Positions 15,917-22,250 of a DNA stretch of 22,250 nt are shown piece by piece. Location: contig JALTXX010000011.1 in assembly GCA_027046625.1 (NCBI GenBank), positions 29,246 to 51,495 on the forward strand, read 5' to 3'. The notes under the pieces were generated by a model. It was not told the origin of the DNA. It saw nothing but the letters and a program-made list of their open reading frames with translations, and made no database searches. The position numbers and the translations under genes are program-made. Source of the stretch: Candidatus Micrarchaeota archaeon (GTDB lineage Archaea; Iainarchaeota; Iainarchaeia; JAADDC01). Positions within the stretch are counted from its first letter, which is position 1. Every line of letters starts with the position of its first letter.

Positions 15917-15937
15917 TCTCTCCTTTCTTTTTCTTCT
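15917..15937 (+). terminator. Pyrimidine/U-rich tract after the histone gene (archaeal terminator)
   Basis: TCTCTCCTTTCTTTTTCTTCT immediately after the TAA, between convergent genes. Confidence 0.6.
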
Positions 15938-15939
15938 AT

Positions 15940-18645
15940 TTAATATTTGGGGATGCGACGCTTCTTTGGAGCTCTTAGAATATAAAGAGCCATCATAAGA
16001 GACAACACAGCCACCACTATATGTATAGGGAATGTGTTCCCTTCTCTATCAAGGTATCTCGTTACACCCTTGGAAAGCGCTAGGGGTGTGATGTAATCTC
16101 CTGTTAACAGACTTTTCTCAGCTAGTATAGCCATATTGGAAAGGTCTGGGTCTTTGGTTCTCTCCGCAAGCTCTTTAAGTATGTTTGTCCTTACCTCTGC
16201 CTCCCTTTTTATTCTTTCATCTATAAGGGTTAGAATATGTCCGATTTCCTCAGGGTACTTCTTGTATAACCTTTCTACCCTTTTTAGGAAGACGTTATCA
16301 AAAGGTAGTACGTCAAGCGCATTTAGTTCCTTGGCTCGACTAAGATATTTCCTTAGCTTCTCTAGGATGGAGTTATCTGGGGAGGAAGGTGGTGGAATGG
16401 AAGTGTCCACCTTTCTTCCCTTTACAGGCTCTTTCTCAAGGGATAGCTGTGCCTCCTCTTCACCCTCCAAAAGCACACCCCTTATACGTATAACTGTTTG
16501 TTCTCCCGGTGATAGGTTCACCTTACAGAGCGTTTTATCTTCATAGGGGATGCAGTAAGAGGGAGCTTTCTTTGCGCTTACAGGAATGGAGACAATACCC
16601 TCATACCTTTCAGAAGATGTGTTTCTGATGTATACGGATATGTTCTCTCCATCCACCTCAGTATCCATCTCAAGGGCGGGAATCTTTACCGTTGCAATCG
16701 CTCCTGGCATGAGATAAAGATGTTTATCTTTATAATACGCTCCAGGTGAAAGGAAGATTACGGTGTATGGCATGTATTTCCTTACTGGAAGCTGGTAAGT
16801 ATTTTCTATGGTTTTTATTACAAAACCATTATCGTATGACATTGTATTTTCCTTTAGTTCAACCGGAAGAGATTGAAATACTATCTTTGAGGTGCCCTTT
16901 CCCCTGTAGTACACCTTCTTACCCCTAACCTCCACAATAAGATCCCCCTCCACATCGTATCCTACGAATTTAAACGGCACTTCTACATAACCGTTTGCTG
17001 AAATATCCATAGGGTTTGTTATAGTAAGCGTTATCTCAGACAGCTCGTCCGACGAAAGGTAGCCTTCCCATTCTACATTCACCTTGGATGTTATTATTTC
17101 CTCCGCATCTTCGTAGAGGGAAAGGAGCTTTGAGTAGCTTTTTAGTAGTTCTTCCTTGTTCTTTGGAACCCTTGGAAGAGCATACAATTCAGATAGAAAT
17201 TTCTCATCCCCCACAGATATAGCAGCTTGTTCAAGAGCGCTATATAGTTTTGAGTATCTTAGGAACTCTTCCGAAGATAGAAAGAGGTTCTCCATGCGTT
17301 CACTTTCTCTTTTACAACACAGAAGTTTTTCAGATGGGGTCCCGCTGCATTTCAATGGCTCCTCCCAGCGTTTTTCATAAGATTCTTTACAAGCTTCGAA
17401 CGCTTTCTCTGTGTTCTGGAATTGTTCGTCTGTTTCCACAAGTTTTATCAGCTCTTTGCATGCTCTAAGCTTTAAGGGGAGAGTCTTGGCGGAGGATGAA
17501 ATAAGATAAGCGTCAAAGGCGAGAGATTTTAGGCGGAATTTGTGGGAGGTTGCATATTTTATACAACTATCAGAGGCTTCCTCTACCACCCCTAAAAACT
17601 GTTTTACATCAGAGTAAACATCTTTCATTTCATTCAGGGATTTCCTCATAACCTCAAGCGAAATAAGAAACTGTTCTCTGTTTCTATACCTCTCTTCTGC
17701 TGTGAGAAAATTAGAATATACGGAATTCGCCCTCTGAAGGGCAACAGATGGATACACAGTTATATCGGCTACAATAGAAGATACCACTGTCCTACTAGGA
17801 AGGAATCTAGCTACCTCTTTCGGGTTTTCAAATCTTACAGCAGTCATCCTCTCTTTCACAAATCTGTACATCTTTTCTATATCCTTCCTCATAGAATCTA
17901 CCTCTCCATCTGTCTCCTTTAGCAGGGATTCGTACCGTTCCCTAAGAGCTCTGACAGAAGAAAGTATTGAGGAGTGTTCTCCAACAGATCTATTCACAAA
18001 TTTTTCTATAGCATAGGGGTCATAGTTGCTCACCTCTATGATGTCAGATGGAAGGCCAAGCACATAGAACGGTATCTTCAGTATCTTCCCTGCGATCCAC
18101 GATACCACATCCAATCTCCTAAAGATGGAACTGTCCATATTCTCAAGCTCTTTAAAATTATTGTATATCTCCCCTTTGTTTACAGATACAAGGGATGAAT
18201 ACAGAGTTCTCCAGGAAGGGTGTGTTGTCTGCTCTGCTCCCGCAAGTTTTAGAGATCTTTCGATAGACGATATCTCTTGAAGTGCCATATAATTGGCCCT
18301 AGAAGTTTCCTCTACAATTTTCCGCACTATTACATAGATACTTCTCGTTTTCTTTACAGGCTTTTTAAGATCTTCTTCCGATAGACGGGAACAAACCGAG
18401 GATATATAGTCGTACCTGTCCCTAAATTCGTTTACGAGATCCCAAACCTTTCCCACATAGTAGGAATATCCTCCCCCATACGGATATGCCATTTTTCCAC
18501 AAGAAGATGGACCTTCACACCGGGGGATATCAAATGTAGGAACTTCTCCTAAGGAATTACAGAGCATATCATAGCTAGCAGCTGAGATAGCCATTATGAG
18601 AAGGGTAAGGGTGGAGGAGGCTATCACTATGCCTCCCAGGCCCAT
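15940..18645 (-). CDS. Large hypothetical cell-surface protein (901 aa)
   Basis: N-terminal signal/TM, Cys-rich start, long helical/coiled-coil region, central beta-sandwich-like segments (ITLTITNP, ISVYIRNT), C-terminal TM IHIVVAVLSLMMALYIL and basic tail RAPKKRRIPKY. No family recognised. Confidence 0.75.
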   Translation of the reverse strand: MGLGGIVIASSTLTLLIMAISAASYDMLCNSLGEVPTFDIPRCEGPSSCGKMAYPYGGGYSYYVGKVWDLVNEFRDRYDYISSVCSRLSEEDLKKPVKKTRSIYVIVRKIVEETSRANYMALQEISSIERSLKLAGAEQTTHPSWRTLYSSLVSVNKGEIYNNFKELENMDSSIFRRLDVVSWIAGKILKIPFYVLGLPSDIIEVSNYDPYAIEKFVNRSVGEHSSILSSVRALRERYESLLKETDGEVDSMRKDIEKMYRFVKERMTAVRFENPKEVARFLPSRTVVSSIVADITVYPSVALQRANSVYSNFLTAEERYRNREQFLISLEVMRKSLNEMKDVYSDVKQFLGVVEEASDSCIKYATSHKFRLKSLAFDAYLISSSAKTLPLKLRACKELIKLVETDEQFQNTEKAFEACKESYEKRWEEPLKCSGTPSEKLLCCKRESERMENLFLSSEEFLRYSKLYSALEQAAISVGDEKFLSELYALPRVPKNKEELLKSYSKLLSLYEDAEEIITSKVNVEWEGYLSSDELSEITLTITNPMDISANGYVEVPFKFVGYDVEGDLIVEVRGKKVYYRGKGTSKIVFQSLPVELKENTMSYDNGFVIKTIENTYQLPVRKYMPYTVIFLSPGAYYKDKHLYLMPGAIATVKIPALEMDTEVDGENISVYIRNTSSERYEGIVSIPVSAKKAPSYCIPYEDKTLCKVNLSPGEQTVIRIRGVLLEGEEEAQLSLEKEPVKGRKVDTSIPPPSSPDNSILEKLRKYLSRAKELNALDVLPFDNVFLKRVERLYKKYPEEIGHILTLIDERIKREAEVRTNILKELAERTKDPDLSNMAILAEKSLLTGDYITPLALSKGVTRYLDREGNTFPIHIVVAVLSLMMALYILRAPKKRRIPKY

Positions 18646-18677
18646 GATAAAAAGCCTATCTTCTACTACTTAAAAGG

Positions 18678-21314
18678 ATGGTACTGAGTACGGCCATTGT
18701 CGAAGCGTTGAAGAAGGTGGGTATTAAAGAGTTAAATGAGGTGCAGAAGCTTGCTCTAGGACCTATCTTGAGGGGGGAGCACACACTTATCATAGCCCCT
18801 ACCGGATCTGGGAAGACAGAGGCAGCCCTTATACCCCTCCTAGAAAAGGTAAGAAAGGATCCTAAGCCCATCACGCTTTTATACATAACACCCCTCAGGG
18901 CTCTCAATCGCAACATGTTTGAGAGAATAGAGAAAATTGCCCAGTATTTAGGCTTAAGAGTAGATGTAAGACATGGGGATACAAGCAGCTACCAAAGGCA
19001 AAAACAGGCAAAGAATCCACCCCATATCCTCATAACCACTCCGGAAACTCTACAAGCTATCCTTCCAGCAGAAGTTATGGGGAAGCATCTTAAGAACGTA
19101 AGATATGTGGTAGTGGATGAAGTACATGAGTTGGTAGGAGAAAAGAGAGGATATCAACTAGCCCTTGCGTTAGAAAGGTTAAGAATAAGAGCTGGAGAGT
19201 TTCAGAGGATTGGTCTATCTGCTACCGTGGGAGATGTTGAAGTTGCAAAAAGGTTTCTTGGTGGGAATAGAGAGGTAAGTGTGGTTGACGTCACAAGAGA
19301 GAAAAGGTATGAGTTTCACATCCTCTATCCAAGGAGTGAGGAAGAAAAGCCCCCTAAAGGCATTCCAAAGGAGGTTTACGCGCGTGTAAAAACTATACTT
19401 GACATTCTCTCTAAACACAAACAAGTTATTACCTTTGTTAACACTAGAAATATGTCAGAAATGCTCTCATTTTATCTGAAGAACCTACATAAGTCCACAG
19501 AGGTTCACCACTCCTCCCTTTCTAAGGATGTAAGAGTAGATGTGGAGACGCTCTTTAAGGAGGGTAAAATAAGACATATAATCGCCACGTCCTCTCTAGA
19601 ACTGGGGATAGATATAGGGGGTGTGGATGCCGTAATACAGTATGGTTCCCCCAGACAGGTAATAAGGCTAGTTCAGAGGGTGGGAAGGTCTGGCCATAGA
19701 TGGGACAGGCCATCCATAGGATACGTTCTCCCCACAAATCCCGTGGATTACCTTGAGGCAAGAGCTATCGTAGAGTTTGCCAAAGAAAGGAGATATGAGC
19801 CCATAAGATATGAAGAGGTACCATTAGACGTTCTTGCTCACCAAATAGTTGGATTAGTATTAGATCTAGGAGAGGTTGAGATAGAAGAGATACTTTTGGA
19901 ATTTAAAAGAGCTTTTCCCTTCGAAAAACTAACAATAGAGGATGTTTTATCCGTTATAAGGCAGTTAGAGTCTGAAAAGATTTTGAGGTTGGATGGCGCA
20001 AGGGTTAAACCTTCAAGGGACACAAGAAGGTACTACTATTCTTCTCTTTCCATGATACCTGACGAAGAGAAGTTTTTTGTTGTAGATGTTAGCACTAAGA
20101 AGAATGTTGCCATGTTAGACGAAGAATTTGTGTCAGAGTACCTTGAACCGGGCACTGTTTTTGTGGTAAAGGGGAATACCTGGAGAGTGTTGTCCATCGA
20201 GGGCAGAGATGTATTGGTGGAACCATATGCAGGTTCTGGAGCTATACCGGCTTGGATAGGAGAGCAGATACCTGTGGAACCATTTGTTGCCAACAGGGTA
20301 AAGAAATATTTGGAGAGCATGGATTTTGGGGAGGTAAAGGATGTTTTTGGAAATTATAGGGAAGAAGAGGTTACAATAGAGAGGATAGACAGGTTCGTGT
20401 TGGTACATTCCTTTCTTGGAAGCAGAGGAAACCAAACATTAGCAAGGATATTGGCCTTTGAGATAGGTAGGAGATACTCTATCCCCGTGAGAGCGATAGC
20501 ATCGCCTTACGTTGTAATAATTGAGTTTCCTGAGAGGGGAAACCCTGAAGTGGTGAAAGATACGTTACTATCCATTCCTCCCCATATGGTAGACATATTG
20601 ATTGAAAGAATCCTTCCCTCCACCTCCCTCTTTAGAATAAGGTTTGTACACGTTGCAAGAAGGTTTGGCTTCATAAGAAAGGATGCATCTCCTGACTGGT
20701 CCTTTGTAAAAAGACTTATCTCCATCATGGGGGATTCTCCCATATACAGGGAAACCATGAAAGAAATTTTATCGGATAAGTTGGACGTTGATATTGTGAA
20801 ATCTTTTCTTTCAAACATTAAAGAAGTTGTCATAAAGGAAAATACACCCCTTGGAAAAGTAGAGCTTTCAAATATACTACAAATGCCGGAGATAGCCACA
20901 CCCGGGGATCCCGAAAAGATTATGTTAGAATCCTTCAAGAAAAGAATCTTGGAGAAAGAGATCCATCTCCTTTGCACTTACTGTGGATATACATGGAGCA
21001 GAAAGGTAAAAGAGGTTGAAGAGCCCGTAAAATGTCCTGTATGTGGATCTCCCATGGTAGCCATATCCTCCGATCCGGATAAGGATAGGGGAACGTTAAA
21101 GAAGGAATCGAGGGGGCGAGAAAGATTGCTAAGATCTGCAGAAGTAGTGAAGAACTTCGGGAAGTGGGGCGTCATAGCTCTTTCTGTAGAAGGTGTAGGT
21201 ACTTACAGGGCCAATAAAATATTATCAACACCTGTAAAGGATGAAAACGAAAGGTGGGAACTGCTTCTAAGAGCGGAAAGGGAATACTTCCGCACAAGGA
21301 TGTTCTGGAGGTAG
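18678..21314 (+). CDS. lhr: Lhr-family SF2 DEVH-box helicase with C-terminal Cys4 motif
   Basis: APTGSGKT, YITPLRALNR, RHGDT, ITTPETL, DEVH, GLSAT, ATSSLELGIDIG, QRVGRSGH, DVLAHQ, SMIPDE and IPAWIGE. C-terminal CTYC...CPVC. Confidence 0.95.
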   Translation: MVLSTAIVEALKKVGIKELNEVQKLALGPILRGEHTLIIAPTGSGKTEAALIPLLEKVRKDPKPITLLYITPLRALNRNMFERIEKIAQYLGLRVDVRHGDTSSYQRQKQAKNPPHILITTPETLQAILPAEVMGKHLKNVRYVVVDEVHELVGEKRGYQLALALERLRIRAGEFQRIGLSATVGDVEVAKRFLGGNREVSVVDVTREKRYEFHILYPRSEEEKPPKGIPKEVYARVKTILDILSKHKQVITFVNTRNMSEMLSFYLKNLHKSTEVHHSSLSKDVRVDVETLFKEGKIRHIIATSSLELGIDIGGVDAVIQYGSPRQVIRLVQRVGRSGHRWDRPSIGYVLPTNPVDYLEARAIVEFAKERRYEPIRYEEVPLDVLAHQIVGLVLDLGEVEIEEILLEFKRAFPFEKLTIEDVLSVIRQLESEKILRLDGARVKPSRDTRRYYYSSLSMIPDEEKFFVVDVSTKKNVAMLDEEFVSEYLEPGTVFVVKGNTWRVLSIEGRDVLVEPYAGSGAIPAWIGEQIPVEPFVANRVKKYLESMDFGEVKDVFGNYREEEVTIERIDRFVLVHSFLGSRGNQTLARILAFEIGRRYSIPVRAIASPYVVIIEFPERGNPEVVKDTLLSIPPHMVDILIERILPSTSLFRIRFVHVARRFGFIRKDASPDWSFVKRLISIMGDSPIYRETMKEILSDKLDVDIVKSFLSNIKEVVIKENTPLGKVELSNILQMPEIATPGDPEKIMLESFKKRILEKEIHLLCTYCGYTWSRKVKEVEEPVKCPVCGSPMVAISSDPDKDRGTLKKESRGRERLLRSAEVVKNFGKWGVIALSVEGVGTYRANKILSTPVKDENERWELLLRAEREYFRTRMFWR

Positions 21315-21368
21315 GTCAGCACACGTCGCTATCCTCACCCATCGGGTGGGGCAAGGCGTCATCATCCC
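21314..21368 (-). ncRNA. C/D box methylation-guide sRNA
   Basis: Minus strand: GG-ATGATGA (C box, 21359-21365), CGCCTTGCCCCAC (13-nt guide), CCGA (D'), TGG, GTGAGGA (C'), TAGCGACGTGTG (12-nt guide), CTGA (D box, 21316-21319)-CC. Canonical box order and spacing in a GC-rich intergenic gap. Confidence 0.9.
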
Positions 21369-21369
21369 C

Positions 21370-21377
21370 TTAATAAA
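21370..21377 (+). promoter_or_regulatory. Putative TATA box (TTAATAAA) for dtdA
   Basis: Ends 24 nt before ATG 21401. Confidence 0.45.
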
Positions 21378-21400
21378 TTCTATTTCACACACTTATCTCT

Positions 21401-22168
21401 ATGCCCACCATTGTGGTGTCTACAAAAGATGTAGTGAGCAAAGGGGTGGGGGAGATCATAGCTAGGGAGTATGCAAAAGAGAGTGATAAGGTATTTGGAA
21501 ATTTTCCTGTCTACGAAGGAAGGGATTTTGACATGATAGTTATAGACACACTTCACATTTATGCGCAATGGTTGGAAAATGAGTACCCTTCAGACCTTTA
21601 CATATTCCCCTCCCGCCACCGATCTGAAAAACACACAAAAACACTCAGTGTTCATCCTACAGGGAATTTTGGAAATGCAGAGCTGGGAGGGCTTCCTATG
21701 GAACTATCCACCGCTCCTGCACTTCATATGTTAAAGGCTCTCAGAAACTTATTCCTAGATGGATATAGCACTACATACGAAGTAACTCACCACGGTCCCA
21801 CCCTCAAAACACCTCTGTTTTTCATTGAAGTTGGTAGTTCTGAGGAAGAATGGACAGATGAGAATGCCTATAAATCTATTGCCAAGGCTATAATTTCGTC
21901 CCTTCACCCAGATCCCGCTCCTGTTGCCATAGGTATAGGAGCAGGCCACTATGCACCAGACTTTACAAGGTTAGCCATGAAAGAGGGTATTGCCTTTGGA
22001 CACATGGCTTCTAAGTACATGGCAGAGAATATAAATAAAGAGATGTTCAGGAAGATGGTTGAAAGAACCTATCCAAGGCCTACATTCATAAAAATCTCTT
22101 CTCTTCCCTCAGAGAAGAAGAAGGAAATTACATCATGGGCTGAAGAGTTTGGTCTTGAGATGCTCTAA
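21401..22168 (+). CDS. dtdA: D-aminoacyl-tRNA deacylase, archaeal DTD2 type
   Basis: IFPSRHRS, LSVHPTGNF, EVTHHGP, FIEVGSSEEEW, GIGAGHYAP and FGHM motifs. Confidence 0.93.
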   Translation: MPTIVVSTKDVVSKGVGEIIAREYAKESDKVFGNFPVYEGRDFDMIVIDTLHIYAQWLENEYPSDLYIFPSRHRSEKHTKTLSVHPTGNFGNAELGGLPMELSTAPALHMLKALRNLFLDGYSTTYEVTHHGPTLKTPLFFIEVGSSEEEWTDENAYKSIAKAIISSLHPDPAPVAIGIGAGHYAPDFTRLAMKEGIAFGHMASKYMAENINKEMFRKMVERTYPRPTFIKISSLPSEKKKEITSWAEEFGLEML

Positions 22169-22250
22169 GAAACGGGTCAACTGATCTTCCTTCAACCTTC
22201 CCCCACCAGCCTCCTTGTGGCCTCCGCCTTCGCCCCCCAAAGCCTCAATA
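22133..22250 (-). CDS. DHH-family phosphoesterase (RecJ-like), C-terminal DHHA1 fragment (enters from the window end)
   Basis: Manual translation gives IEALGGEGGGHKEAGGGRLKEDQLTRFLEHLKTKLFSP*. GGGHxxAxG is the DHHA1 signature. Not in the ORF track; overlaps the dtdA 3' end by 36 nt. Confidence 0.75.
   Translation of the reverse strand, partial: IEALGGEGGGHKEAGGGRLKEDQLTRFLEHLKTKLFSP

Noticed and set aside
21320-21331. sRNA D guide shares AGCGACG with the tRNA-Ile in this window
   Set aside because: Same sense rather than complementary and only 7 nt, so this tRNA is not the target.
831-21949. Numerous 60-160 aa antisense or alternate-frame ORFs nested in the called genes
   Set aside because: Ser/Phe/Leu/Pro-rich shadows of purine-rich coding strands, with no recognisable motifs.
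1-22250. CRISPR array, split tRNA halves, inteins, IS elements
   Set aside because: No regularly spaced direct repeats, and intergenic gaps are too short or already explained. RadA, RtcB and Lhr have normal length with no intein motifs.

Overview
Gene-dense archaeal chromosomal segment with many overlapping genes and mostly leaderless-looking starts. The histone, RadA, Zn-finger RPA, proteasome beta, aCPSF1, aNAC and DTD2 genes establish it as archaeal. The compaction and a tRNA-Ile(UAU) suggest a streamlined, possibly thermophilic DPANN/Nanoarchaeota-like organism (inference). Most genes are housekeeping: M29 aminopeptidase, HTH regulator, radA, rpa, truA, rtcB, a stand-alone ThrRS editing domain, nucleoside kinases, nac, FKBP, dcd, psmB, aCPSF1, AK6, histone, Lhr helicase and dtdA. 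The window ends hold partial P-type ATPase and DHH-family genes missed by the ORF track. Notable elements are (1) an intron-containing tRNA with the rare Ile anticodon UAU, (2) an unannotated C/D-box guide sRNA between lhr and dtdA, (3) a type IV pilin-like protein with an inserted C-type lectin domain, and (4) a pilin-anchor/DUF2341/lectin-like gene beside the tRNA whose 5' part has an inverted, C-rich coding strand that switches at a domain boundary, suggesting a modular adhesin-diversification cassette. No CRISPR array, integrase, transposase or reverse transcriptase was seen.
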